Shown: positions 10,566-20,198 of the stretch, one piece after another
How positions within the stretch are numbered: the first letter of the stretch is position 1
Layout: each line of letters starts with the position of its first letter
From: a bacterium
GTDB taxonomy: Bacteria; Zhuqueibacterota; Zhuqueibacteria; Residuimicrobiales; Krinioviventaceae
Assembly (NCBI GenBank): GCA_963675755.2
Contig: CAXXMD010000003.1
Coordinates: 3,328,001-3,392,000, forward strand
Direction: 5' to 3'
DNA length: 64,000 bases
Position numbers and translations under genes: made by a program
Notes under the pieces: model-generated
Databases searched by the model: none
Told to the model about the DNA's origin: nothing
What the model saw: the letters and a program-made list of their open reading frames with translations, nothing else

Positions 10566-11069
10566 ATGAATGGAAAAATATCTTCTGTCTTGATTGGGGC
10601 TATGTTTATTGTATTTGGTGCAATTATTCTTTTGAATAAAATGGATGTATTCAATTTTAGCTGGGATGAAGGAGTTCCGCTTTTTTTGATTGCTCTAAGT
10701 GTATTGTCTTTTATCAGTGTTTTTCAGGGAAACAAGGGGAATGCGTTCTGGGGGACGGTTTTAGGATTGTTGGGGGTGTTTTTTTTCTTGCGAAATTACG
10801 GAATAATTGGTTACTTTTGGTTTGATGAAATATGGCCGGTTATTCTCATTGCGCTGGGTTTGGGATTTATAGTGACCTTTTTCTTTAATCCCAGAGACTG
10901 GGGTGTTTTGATTCCAGGTGGGATTTTAACATTTTTAGGTACCGTGTTTCTTATGGAAACCCTGCATGTATCACATCACACCCGCAAACTGGTGCATGAA
11001 TTCTGGCCGCTTATTCTTGTATTAATTGGAATAGGTCTCATCAGTAATTCTATTTCAAAAAAAAAGTAA
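10566..11069 (+). CDS. LiaF/DUF5668-like multi-TM membrane protein
   Basis: Repeated WPxILIxxG motifs; GAGGAGG RBS. Confidence 0.7.
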   Translation: MNGKISSVLIGAMFIVFGAIILLNKMDVFNFSWDEGVPLFLIALSVLSFISVFQGNKGNAFWGTVLGLLGVFFFLRNYGIIGYFWFDEIWPVILIALGLGFIVTFFFNPRDWGVLIPGGILTFLGTVFLMETLHVSHHTRKLVHEFWPLILVLIGIGLISNSISKKK

Positions 11070-11090
11070 ATACAAACCAATCCGGCGGGA

Positions 11091-12212
11091 GTGTGCATGG
11101 ACGCGGTAATTCAGTTTATTAACGAATACTTTTCATTGTTTGGACTCAGGGGGACTAATCTTGTTCTGGGGCTTTTAATTCTTATCTTTTTCCTATTATT
11201 ACGCAAAGCCTTTGGCGCCTGGGCGCTGCATAGCCTTAGAAAGTGGACTAAAAAAACAGAAACCACCATTGATGATGCTCTGCTGGAAATTTTAAATCCT
11301 CCGTTAAGCTTTTTAATATTATTGATAGGCATTTGGGTAGCCCGTGTCGTTATAAATTTCCCGGAGCGGATTGATGCTACACTGGTTAATTGGATCCATC
11401 TGGGTTTTGTGGTTGTACTCTGTTGGTTGATTTATCGCAGTGCTGATGTTTTTACTGATTTTCTTGAAAAATTTGTAAGACGGACTGAAACTGAACTGGA
11501 TGATATACTGGTCCCTTATTTGAACAAGGTAGTCAAAGTTGTAGCTATACTGATGGTAATTTTGAAATTTGCCGAAGTTGTACTGGGCATGAGTGCTGCA
11601 GCACTTTTGGGTTTGCTTGGTGGTATGGGACTGACTTTGGGATTGGTTTTCAAAGATATTATTGCAAACTGGTTCGGTTGCGGAGTGATTTATATTGATA
11701 ATTTGTTTCGTGAAGGGGATTGGGTGCAGCTCGATTCCGGTAATATTGTAGATGCGGATGTGGAAGAAATTGGTTTGCGCAGTACCCGTTTCCGTAATTT
11801 TGATAAAACCGTATCCATTGTTCCCAATGCTACAATAGCCAATGCAGTTGTTAAAAACTGGTCACGTATGTATAAACGCAGGGTGAAATTTAACCTGACT
11901 ATTGATGGTATTGATTCACAGGTTGTTGAGAAAATACTGGAAGGCATTCGCAATATTCTGGTCCATGATGAAGGCGTGCAACAGGAATTCCATATGGTAA
12001 ACTTTCGTGAATTTGATGGTAATTCACGGGTGATAAGACTTTATTATTTTACTACAACCACAGTATGGAAAGAACATGAACAGGTACGTGAAAATGTCAA
12101 TATGAAGATCCTGAAATTATTTGAGGAAAATGGTATAGACAAGCTGGCTTATACAATTGTAGACTTGTCAGACGACCGTCCCCGTGATTTTGAAAAGCGT
12201 ATAGAATCCTGA
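11091..12212 (+). CDS. Small-conductance mechanosensitive channel (MscS family)
   Basis: FREGDWV, VEEIGLRSTRFRNFDKTVSIVPN, VKNWSRM. Confidence 0.9.
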   Translation: MCMDAVIQFINEYFSLFGLRGTNLVLGLLILIFFLLLRKAFGAWALHSLRKWTKKTETTIDDALLEILNPPLSFLILLIGIWVARVVINFPERIDATLVNWIHLGFVVVLCWLIYRSADVFTDFLEKFVRRTETELDDILVPYLNKVVKVVAILMVILKFAEVVLGMSAAALLGLLGGMGLTLGLVFKDIIANWFGCGVIYIDNLFREGDWVQLDSGNIVDADVEEIGLRSTRFRNFDKTVSIVPNATIANAVVKNWSRMYKRRVKFNLTIDGIDSQVVEKILEGIRNILVHDEGVQQEFHMVNFREFDGNSRVIRLYYFTTTTVWKEHEQVRENVNMKILKLFEENGIDKLAYTIVDLSDDRPRDFEKRIES

Positions 12213-12313
12213 TTTTATTTATCAAGGCGTTTTATTTACACCATTGTGATTTTGTTTAAAAAAAGGTACATTGGTGTAAATGAAACGTCTTTTTTTTTAT
12301 ACCAGAGGAAATT

Positions 12314-13303
12314 ATGAAAGTATTATTTATTGGCGGTACCGGAGTAATCAGTTCGGCTTGTGCGTCACTTGCAGTTGAGCAGGGTTTGGAATTGTTTTTG
12401 TTGAATCGTGGTGTTACCTCGCGTCCAGTTCCTGATGGCGCTGTTCAATTGATTGGAGATATTCGTAATCCTGAACAAGTGAAAGCAGTGATCAAAGATT
12501 ACAAATTTGATGCGGTTGTGGATTGGATCGCTTTTGGTCCTGAGCATATACAAGCCGATATTGAATTGTTTAGCGGAAAAACGGACCAGTTTGTATTCAT
12601 TAGCTCTGCTTCTGTATACCAAACACCACCATCAAAGCTGCCTGTTACAGAAGATACACCACTTGATAATCCATTCTGGCAGTATTCGCAGGATAAAATT
12701 GCCTGTGAGGAATTGTTGATGAGCGAATATAAAAAGTCCGGGTTCCCCATCACAATAGTTAGACCTTCTCATACTTATGATAAAACTATGCTGCCGAATC
12801 GCGGCAAGTATACGGATATTGACCGGATGCTCAAGGGTAAACCGGTTGTATTGCAAGGTGATGGAACATCTATCTGGACGCTTACACATCATAAAGATTT
12901 TGCTGTGGGCTTTAATGGATTATTGGGTAATTCAAAAGCTATTGGTGAAGCGTATCATATAACTTCTGACGAATGGCTGACCTGGAACCAGATTATGCAT
13001 ATACTTGCTGAAACGGTCAATGCCAAAGCAGATATTGTTCATATTCCTTCAGATTTGCTTGCAGCATACTTTCCGGATATGGGTCCGGGACTGTTGGGCG
13101 ATAAATCTCACAGTATGATTTTTGATAACAGCAAAATTAGAGAACTGGTTCCCGCTTTTAATCCCAGGATATCGTTTCGTGAGGGTGCCAGGGAGATTAT
13201 TCAATGGTTTAACGAGGATTCTGCAAGACGTGCGTTAAACCAGGACTATAATGAAAAAATGGACCGGCTGATTAGTATTTACCAATCGATCTGGCCGAAG
13301 TGA
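12314..13303 (+). CDS. NAD-dependent epimerase/dehydratase (SDR)
   Basis: GGTGVIS Rossmann motif, FISSASVY, YSQDK. Confidence 0.88.
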   Translation: MKVLFIGGTGVISSACASLAVEQGLELFLLNRGVTSRPVPDGAVQLIGDIRNPEQVKAVIKDYKFDAVVDWIAFGPEHIQADIELFSGKTDQFVFISSASVYQTPPSKLPVTEDTPLDNPFWQYSQDKIACEELLMSEYKKSGFPITIVRPSHTYDKTMLPNRGKYTDIDRMLKGKPVVLQGDGTSIWTLTHHKDFAVGFNGLLGNSKAIGEAYHITSDEWLTWNQIMHILAETVNAKADIVHIPSDLLAAYFPDMGPGLLGDKSHSMIFDNSKIRELVPAFNPRISFREGAREIIQWFNEDSARRALNQDYNEKMDRLISIYQSIWPK

Positions 13304-13314
13304 GGAGTAAATAA

Positions 13315-14148
13315 ATGAGTGCAACACCATTAACAGATTTTAGCAGATTATGTATACATACCATAACCACAAAACCCTGGTCAATAGAAACCGCTATTGA
13401 TAAATACGCAGCTGCCGGTGTAAAAGGTATTACGGTTTGGCGTCAGTGGCTTGAGGGAAGAGACTATGCCAAAGTTGGAAAACAGATAAGAGATTCCGGA
13501 TTAACAGCAGTATCGTTATGCCGTGGTGGATTTTTCCCTTCAACTGAAGCTTCCGCAAGGCAGGCCGCTATTGACGAAAATCGCAGAGCAATTGATGAAG
13601 CGGCAGCAATTGGTGCCCCCTTGGTGGTGCTGGTTTGTGGCGCAGAGCCCAAACAATCGTTAACGGAATCCCGGAAAAACATAACAGACGGTATTGCAGC
13701 CGTGTTGGACCACGCCAAAGCCAATAATGTCAAGCTGGGTATTGAACCTCTACATCCCATGTATGCGGATACACGTTCTGCTGTCAATACCCTGAAGCAG
13801 GCAAATGATATGTGTGACGAGTTGGACCATTCTCATGTTGGAGTCGCTGTAGATGTTTATCATCTGTGGTGGGACCCTGATCTGCAGCAGCAAATTAAAC
13901 GCTGTGGTAAAGATGGAAATTTACTGGCATTTCATATCTGTGATTGGCATTACCCGCCTGAAGATATGCTGAATGATCGTGGCTTGATGGGAGAAGGATG
14001 TATTAATGTTAGAGAAATTCGCGGATGGGTAGAAGAAACCGGATTTAATGGGTTTATTGAAGTAGAAGTTTTTTCAAATCGTTGGTGGGCGCAAGATCAG
14101 GATATGTTTTTGGCAGAAATTCAGAGAGCTTATTTGGAATGTTCCTGA
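13315..14148 (+). CDS. Sugar phosphate isomerase/epimerase (xylose isomerase-like TIM barrel)
   Basis: IEPLHPMY, DVYH, FHICDW and EVEVF motifs. Confidence 0.88.
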   Translation: MSATPLTDFSRLCIHTITTKPWSIETAIDKYAAAGVKGITVWRQWLEGRDYAKVGKQIRDSGLTAVSLCRGGFFPSTEASARQAAIDENRRAIDEAAAIGAPLVVLVCGAEPKQSLTESRKNITDGIAAVLDHAKANNVKLGIEPLHPMYADTRSAVNTLKQANDMCDELDHSHVGVAVDVYHLWWDPDLQQQIKRCGKDGNLLAFHICDWHYPPEDMLNDRGLMGEGCINVREIRGWVEETGFNGFIEVEVFSNRWWAQDQDMFLAEIQRAYLECS

Positions 14149-14174
14149 TGGATTTATTTAGATTCTGATATAAT

Positions 14175-14215
14175 AAAGCCTGCTGTGGAAAAAAAGAATT
14201 TCACAGCAGGCTTTT
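14175..14215. terminator. Bidirectional intrinsic terminator
   Basis: AAAGCCTGCTGTG...CACAGCAGGCTTTT between convergent genes. Confidence 0.8.
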
Positions 14216-14229
14216 GCTTTATATAGCCA

Positions 14230-15810
14230 CTAGTTGTTCAATAACGCATTAAGGCCTAGCATGGATCTGCTGGTAAAGATGGCACAATTTAACCATCCGG
14301 ATTCTGAACGGCGATTAGTATATTCGAGATATGTAGGATATTGTCCTGTTTCAGCGTTTTGGAATGCAACAATTGAATTTGCCATTGATTTGGCTTTTTC
14401 AAGATACAGAGGCTCTTTGGTAACCTCGTACATTTTTTGATATGTAATAAGCAGCTTTGCCACACTGGCATCTATGGGCACATAATAATGATATTGTTCA
14501 AGCGCACAAGGGGTATGCCATACTTCAACGGGACGTGTATTGTACCGGGTTTGGGGCATGGGTTTTTCCCAAACCACAAACTGGTCTTCGGCAAATCGTG
14601 TAATTTCTCTGGCAATTTTCAGGTATTCGGGGTTTTCAGGGTCACGATCCATTAAATAGATAGCAAATGAGCATGGCAAATGTTTACTGAGATTTTTATA
14701 CAATTGAGATGGGGGTACATCTTCAAATTGTCCTTCCCAGTTGAATGTTTTTACCGGGTTTTCCATAATCCAGTTAAACGCGCGTTCAAGACTGCTATGG
14801 TATTTGTCAACACCGTACTGACGTTCAAGACGGTCAAAAAACTGGATCATGTCAACCGGTATACAAAAGTTGGGAGTAACCGGTTTTCCATTGGCCAGCA
14901 TTTTCAAGTTCCAGGTGCCTTCGGGTAACTGTAATTTTACCAAAGTATCTGCAATGCGTAGCGCTGCGTCGAGATATTTTTTATTCTGGTTCATGTCATA
15001 CAGGTCGAGATAATCCATTGCAGCTTCGGCAGGATATATCAGCATAAATTGACCTTTGTATTCTTTTGATGTATGATAATCCCATCGATAGGTCGGGGGG
15101 AAATAAGCGAGCGGCGAGCTGGCGGGTTCACTGATATCGATCAGATAATCTGCAGCTTTTTCTGCAATAAGCAGGGCGTCTTTTGAATGTTCTGGTACCA
15201 GCGAAGCATAAAGGGACATGCCTGAAACTACTGCACCAATAATCTTTGCAGGGTATGTATATAAATCGTACCCGGCAGTATCCGGCAGCCCGGTTGTTTT
15301 CCAGTTTTGTATATAGGTTTGATTGTAAATAAAGTCCAGTGCTTTTGTTGCACTCTCTTTGTATGTTATGGAAGGTTCATGATATCCACCTCTGTACACA
15401 GCAGCACGATAAAAAGATCGCTCACCGGCAATACCCAGAGAATTTCCTTTATTGTCAAGCGCTGTTACCGTTAATTGGACTGTACCCACAGGCAGGTTTT
15501 CCCATATTGGAGATAGCAGGGCCCAGGGAGAGTCAGCCGCAAACTTGTACTCTGTGCTGTCTGATGCCATAGCAGAATATTGATAGGATAATGCATTTTC
15601 AATTTTTTTAAAGTTGAATGAAGGTACATAAATAAAACGTTGGGCATTGACGTTCCAGAATTGTGTTTCGGGTGGATTCCCCGGTCTGATGGGGACCATG
15701 GAATCCTCAATGGCCATTTTTTGAATTTCTGCAATATCAGGGTAATTATTGGTATTACAGGCAATATTTAACAAAATTACAACAAACAGCAAATGTTTAA
15801 GAGATGACAT
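14230..15810 (-). CDS. Hypothetical lipoprotein, probable (alpha/alpha)6 toroid carbohydrate-active fold
   Basis: Lipobox-like NIAC; repeated helical 'YLDAALRIAD'/'YLEKAKSMAN' motifs. Confidence 0.6.
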   Translation of the reverse strand: MSSLKHLLFVVILLNIACNTNNYPDIAEIQKMAIEDSMVPIRPGNPPETQFWNVNAQRFIYVPSFNFKKIENALSYQYSAMASDSTEYKFAADSPWALLSPIWENLPVGTVQLTVTALDNKGNSLGIAGERSFYRAAVYRGGYHEPSITYKESATKALDFIYNQTYIQNWKTTGLPDTAGYDLYTYPAKIIGAVVSGMSLYASLVPEHSKDALLIAEKAADYLIDISEPASSPLAYFPPTYRWDYHTSKEYKGQFMLIYPAEAAMDYLDLYDMNQNKKYLDAALRIADTLVKLQLPEGTWNLKMLANGKPVTPNFCIPVDMIQFFDRLERQYGVDKYHSSLERAFNWIMENPVKTFNWEGQFEDVPPSQLYKNLSKHLPCSFAIYLMDRDPENPEYLKIAREITRFAEDQFVVWEKPMPQTRYNTRPVEVWHTPCALEQYHYYVPIDASVAKLLITYQKMYEVTKEPLYLEKAKSMANSIVAFQNAETGQYPTYLEYTNRRSESGWLNCAIFTSRSMLGLNALLNN

Positions 15811-15965
15811 GTTTAAATTTTCCTTTTAACTGGTAGATATTAACAGGGTAGATTATAGATTTGTACCGATGCGTTTTTGATGAATTGGTTGGTGTTACTG
15901 ACCCCGGATGTAATAAATCTGACTGCTAAATATTTATACCGGATAAATACATTTGCATCTGGAAC

Positions 15966-15999
15966 ATCTCATTCCCCCTGTAATTGGGGGGAATGAGAT
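15966..15999 (-). terminator. Hairpin terminator downstream of the DUF1080 gene
   Basis: ATCTCATTCCCC...GGGGAATGAGAT inverted repeat; U-tract weak. Confidence 0.55.
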
Positions 16000-16024
16000 T
16001 TGAATTTAGAAATGAAATGTAAAA

Positions 16025-16771
16025 CTATTTTAGTTCTTTCACAAGAAGATTTTTCCAGAGGATGGTTCCCTGTTTGCCCACGTGGACTTGTAGCCCGAAA
16101 AAACCTTCCTTGTATGTATCGTCAACCCAATTGGCCGCAGGAATTCCGTTAACCCAGGTCTTGATTGTGTTACCTTTTGCCAGCACGGTTATGCGGTTCC
16201 ACTCGTTTTCTTTCATTGCGTTTCTGATTTTTGCATGATCTTCAAGCCATAATGGATAATACCAACCACCACAACTTTGGCCATAAATGCCGCCAGACCA
16301 GTACCGTTGGCGTGCAAAATCTTCAACTTCGACCTGGGGGCCATATACAACCACTTTATCTGTGACTTTGGTCTTTGCTCTTACCATGATACCTGTGTTA
16401 CCATCTACCTCTATTTTCATGTCGCAGGTAAAGATAAAGTCAGTATAGTCGTCCTTGTCAGTACATAAATAAGTGCTTGGAGATCCGGGAACATTGGTAC
16501 CAACGATCATTCCGTCTTTGACCTGAAATTTACAGTTTCCCTCAAGCACTTTCCAATCGGTCAGGTTAATTCCGTTGAACAGGGGGACAAATCCGTCTGT
16601 CAAATCTGGTTCAGGATCTGTATTAAGCAGCATATCTGCAGGGTCTGGTGCGTTTTCCTGTACTTTGTATTTTTCATACCACTTTTGTTGACTCTTGTCG
16701 AGTTTGCCGGCAAATGCAATACATGATGCAAGTGCAAGCACGCTGCAAATGAGTAATAATTTGTTTTTCAA
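16025..16771 (-). CDS. DUF1080 (3-keto-disaccharide hydrolase-like) protein
   Basis: GFVPLFNG..LTDW, GNTGI, EWNRITV, GFFGLQVH..WKN. Confidence 0.9.
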   Translation of the reverse strand: MKNKLLLICSVLALASCIAFAGKLDKSQQKWYEKYKVQENAPDPADMLLNTDPEPDLTDGFVPLFNGINLTDWKVLEGNCKFQVKDGMIVGTNVPGSPSTYLCTDKDDYTDFIFTCDMKIEVDGNTGIMVRAKTKVTDKVVVYGPQVEVEDFARQRYWSGGIYGQSCGGWYYPLWLEDHAKIRNAMKENEWNRITVLAKGNTIKTWVNGIPAANWVDDTYKEGFFGLQVHVGKQGTILWKNLLVKELK

Positions 16772-16825
16772 TGTTGACTCCTTGACTAAATTTTTAAATG
16801 TAATGCAAAAATTGATTATGAATTT

Positions 16826-17965
16826 TTATAAAAATATCACACAAACCGGTTGAGGTATTTCTATATTGTTCACCGGTTCCAGTTTGCCATTTCCCTTTAT
16901 TGAAAAAACAGTAATATTACTTGTTTTCTGGTTTGCTGCAAATAAATATTTACCCGATGGGGTAATGTTGAAATGGCGGGGCCAGTTGCCGCCAGTAGGC
17001 TCGTGACCGATTGTTGTCAGTTTGCCTGTTTTTTGATCGATTGCATATATAACAATGCTGTTATGAACCCGGTTTGATCCGTACAGAAATTTTCCGTTGG
17101 GGTGTGCAACCACATGCGCGCACCAGTTTTCACCATCATAATCTTTTGGCAGGGTGGTTATGGTTTGGATCTCTGTCAACGCACCATTATTGCTGTCATA
17201 ACTGAATACAGTCATGGTAGAATTGAGCTCGCTAATTACATAGGCCCATTTACCACTGGGGTGAAAAGTGATAATTCTGGGGCCAGCACCGGGTGCCACG
17301 GCTGCAAAGGGTGGATTTGCAGGTTCCAGCTTGCCATTTTCTTTATCGATTTGGTAAATCATGATTTTATCGATACCCAGATCCGGCACATAGGCATATT
17401 TTTCGTCAGGTGAAGGGACAATAGAGTGTGGATGCGGTTGACTTTGACGGTCAGCATCAGGTCCCGATCCTTCATGCTGCTTCAGGCTTGAAACCTTTTG
17501 CAGAGACCCATCCTCATTGAGTGGATAGAGGATAGCGCTACCACCGCGATAATTATTAACCAGAGCATATCCTTCTACCAGACTGACATAACAGGGGTGT
17601 CCGCCGATGCTGATCTGCTCGTTCAGAGGAGTGAGGTCATGGGTTTCCGGATCAATGTGAAATGAAGAGACAATTCCAGTAAGTGTTTCCGGATCTGTGA
17701 CTTCGTTAATTGAATACAAGGTGTTGGTTTCAGTATTGATGGTCATATACGAAGGGTCAGTAACACCGGTTGTGAAACCTTGCAAGTTGTATTCTGCGGT
17801 AGCTTCGTCAAATGTATAGCGATAAATACCTTTACCACTACCATCATCCCGTGATGTATAGGTGCCTACATAGACAGTGAGTGTTTTGTTTTCTGGTTTA
17901 GCACAATTGAAAAAACTTGCTATTATGGCAAACATTAAAAGTAAAAAGATTTTTGAATTTTTCAT
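16826..17965 (-). CDS. 6-phosphogluconolactonase-like lactonase (7-bladed propeller), lipoprotein
   Basis: VYVGTYT, GGHPCYV, DLGID, GAGPR, YGSNR and WPRHF motifs. Confidence 0.88.
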   Translation of the reverse strand: MKNSKIFLLLMFAIIASFFNCAKPENKTLTVYVGTYTSRDDGSGKGIYRYTFDEATAEYNLQGFTTGVTDPSYMTINTETNTLYSINEVTDPETLTGIVSSFHIDPETHDLTPLNEQISIGGHPCYVSLVEGYALVNNYRGGSAILYPLNEDGSLQKVSSLKQHEGSGPDADRQSQPHPHSIVPSPDEKYAYVPDLGIDKIMIYQIDKENGKLEPANPPFAAVAPGAGPRIITFHPSGKWAYVISELNSTMTVFSYDSNNGALTEIQTITTLPKDYDGENWCAHVVAHPNGKFLYGSNRVHNSIVIYAIDQKTGKLTTIGHEPTGGNWPRHFNITPSGKYLFAANQKTSNITVFSIKGNGKLEPVNNIEIPQPVCVIFL

Positions 17966-18075
17966 GATTTGTCCTGTTTTTTTGATCTAAGAGTGAGATA
18001 TACTGCTATCACTAAAATTAAAAAAATGACTCCTGACATTAAAATGCCATTCAAAAAATCAGCCATCAAGAATCC

Positions 18076-19311
18076 TTAAAATTTAAATTTATAAACATAA
18101 ACTTGTCTACTGCCGGTATCCACAGAATTAAAACCAATCATATCGCCATTGGGGCTCCATCGGGGATGCAGATCACAAGCGGCATCTTTGCCGTTTTTGC
18201 GAAATTCTACAGGATTAATGAATCTTCCCAGCGTCAGCACTGCTTCGGTCTCCATATCCATGAGATAAATACACTGTTCCTGCAATTTGTTTTTAGGATA
18301 TGTGTCTGTAATCATCCATTTGCCGTCAGGAGAAAAGGCACCATGACCGTCGTAATCAAGAATTCCATTTCCCAGGCGTTTATAATTTTTCTCTCCCACT
18401 GTAAATAGTATGTGTCCGTATGCTTGTGCGTCATAGGCCGCGGTTATCATCAGATTGTCACCATCCAGCCAGTCAAAATGTGAACCGCCCCACTCGTCAG
18501 GAAAACACCGAACCAGGCCTGAACCATCACGATTGATTACAAATGAAGTGGTGTTTCTGGGGTCAGGTTGAGAACGTGCCAACCAGAAAATCTTGCTACC
18601 GTCTCTGCTGAACAAAGTGTGGTTAAAGTACTCTATCTGTTCAGGATTTATATCCGGAACCTGTTCTTTTATGTCTATAATTGAAATGAGTAATTTTGCA
18701 TTACCCGTTTCAAGATCAACAAGAAACAGGCCATCGTCCTCGGGAAATTGGGTGTCACCACGGTTGTCCTGTCCGTCTCCGTCATAGCCATAAGCTGTAC
18801 GGGTAATGCGGAGTCTTGAAAAATTGATGCTAATTGCTTCCTTGCCATTTGGAGACACCGCACTGACCGGATAGGGAATAGTCTTGATTTTTTCTTTGGT
18901 ATGTACATTCATTATTATGGATACATATTTACCCTCTTGCAGATCATTGTAAATAATTAAGGAATCCGGAGAGGTGCTGAGCCAATGCGCCATACATCCT
19001 TGCTGGAAATTCCATGCTCGTGTTTCTGCTAGTGGGATGAATTCAAAGGTATCCATATCGACCAATCCCAGTACGGCGGCATCATCTTTGGTAGGCAGTG
19101 TGTATTTGATGGGAGTGCGTAGAACCGTTGCGTATTTTTGGTTTTTGCTCCAGGAATTAATTCCGTAGTAGCTTGCAAAAAGATGTTCTTGTGGTCCTTT
19201 GGTAATGGCAATAGGTTCCGAGACCTGGGGGAAATGAACAGTTTGAATAGTTTCAGGTGATTGGCACCCTAACAAGAATAACAGAGAAAAGGCAATCCAT
19301 AATTTTTGCAT
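18076..19311 (-). CDS. TolB-like beta-propeller lipoprotein (oligogalacturonate lyase-like)
   Basis: Lipobox LLGC; AWNFQQG, NHTLFS, DGHGAFSPDG..TDTYP, CDLHPRWSP. Confidence 0.7.
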   Translation of the reverse strand: MQKLWIAFSLLFLLGCQSPETIQTVHFPQVSEPIAITKGPQEHLFASYYGINSWSKNQKYATVLRTPIKYTLPTKDDAAVLGLVDMDTFEFIPLAETRAWNFQQGCMAHWLSTSPDSLIIYNDLQEGKYVSIIMNVHTKEKIKTIPYPVSAVSPNGKEAISINFSRLRITRTAYGYDGDGQDNRGDTQFPEDDGLFLVDLETGNAKLLISIIDIKEQVPDINPEQIEYFNHTLFSRDGSKIFWLARSQPDPRNTTSFVINRDGSGLVRCFPDEWGGSHFDWLDGDNLMITAAYDAQAYGHILFTVGEKNYKRLGNGILDYDGHGAFSPDGKWMITDTYPKNKLQEQCIYLMDMETEAVLTLGRFINPVEFRKNGKDAACDLHPRWSPNGDMIGFNSVDTGSRQVYVYKFKF

Positions 19312-19313
19312 TT

Positions 19314-19826
19314 TTACCTCGGTTGATTATCTAAAAGTGATTGGATCTGACGGGTATGACGTTGACTGTGTAAAATGTTGAACCACAACCATTCTCCCCG
19401 GGTAAGCTCTCCAAATTTTGGATGGTTGAACAATTTTACCTTGTGTTCCAGTTCATGATTTTCGAGTATTTGCAGTTGCAGCTTGCGTAAGGTTAGAAAT
19501 GTATCCAGCTGCTCATCAGGGTCTTTGTCTTCATTTGATGGCTGAATGGGTTCACCGGCTGTTAATTTAAGATCATCATCGGTAAATAATGCACGTACAG
19601 TGAGTATCTTTTCATCAGGTTCACGGTCTGTACAGGGTGTACCTTGACTGTCCAGCAGTTTTGTTATAAATCCTTCAGAGATGATCACATGTTCCAGAAT
19701 TTGAGCAGCGGACCAGCGTCCTTTTGCCGGAGATATATTCCATGATTCAATTGGAAAGCGGTTCACAAGATAAATTAATTTGTCAGTCGAGTTTTGCAAT
19801 TCTATCTTTGTGCTTTTTTTATCCAT
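19314..19826 (-). CDS. DinB family protein
   Basis: WSAAQILEHV, HPKFGELT..EW, HSQRHTRQI. Confidence 0.88.
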   Translation of the reverse strand: MDKKSTKIELQNSTDKLIYLVNRFPIESWNISPAKGRWSAAQILEHVIISEGFITKLLDSQGTPCTDREPDEKILTVRALFTDDDLKLTAGEPIQPSNEDKDPDEQLDTFLTLRKLQLQILENHELEHKVKLFNHPKFGELTRGEWLWFNILHSQRHTRQIQSLLDNQPR

Positions 19827-19864
19827 AATACTATTTCTCCAATAATAATACGCAGGACAATAGG

Positions 19865-19893
19865 ATTATACTATTTTTTGGGAAAAGAATCAA
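19865..19893 (-). promoter_or_regulatory. Sigma70-type promoter for the DinB/propeller operon
   Basis: TTGATT-17bp-TATAAT on the minus strand. Confidence 0.65.
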
Positions 19894-19929
19894 TGGGAAT
19901 AATTAAGTATAGAGAATTATGGCTGGTAT

Positions 19930-19969
19930 AAAAAAATACAGCGGGAATCCTTCCACAAATTCCCGCTGT
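19930..19969 (-). terminator. Intrinsic terminator
   Basis: ACAGCGGGAAT/ATTCCCGCTGT 11-bp stem followed by a T run on the minus strand. Confidence 0.75.
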
Positions 19970-20002
19970 TTACATGGACCGGTTATATTTACCTGATCCA
20001 TT
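19930..20002 (-). ncRNA. Candidate small RNA of about 73 nt
   Basis: Putative TTGATT-17-TATTTT promoter (20009-20037), a 5' hairpin (19974-20001) and the terminator hairpin; no ORF. Confidence 0.3.
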
Positions 20003-20198
20003 GAAATTAAAATATAGTAATACCATACAATAATCAAGTATTGTATGAAAAATACTCGGTTTAATTTAAATTAGTGATCAGTTAAATATTATTTTCTGTC
20101 TGTCCCTTGTCCATCATAAGATGATGTCACCCCGTCCATATTTTAAATATAACCCAATAATTTATAATGTCAAGAAAAGAATTGATATTTTTGTGGTG

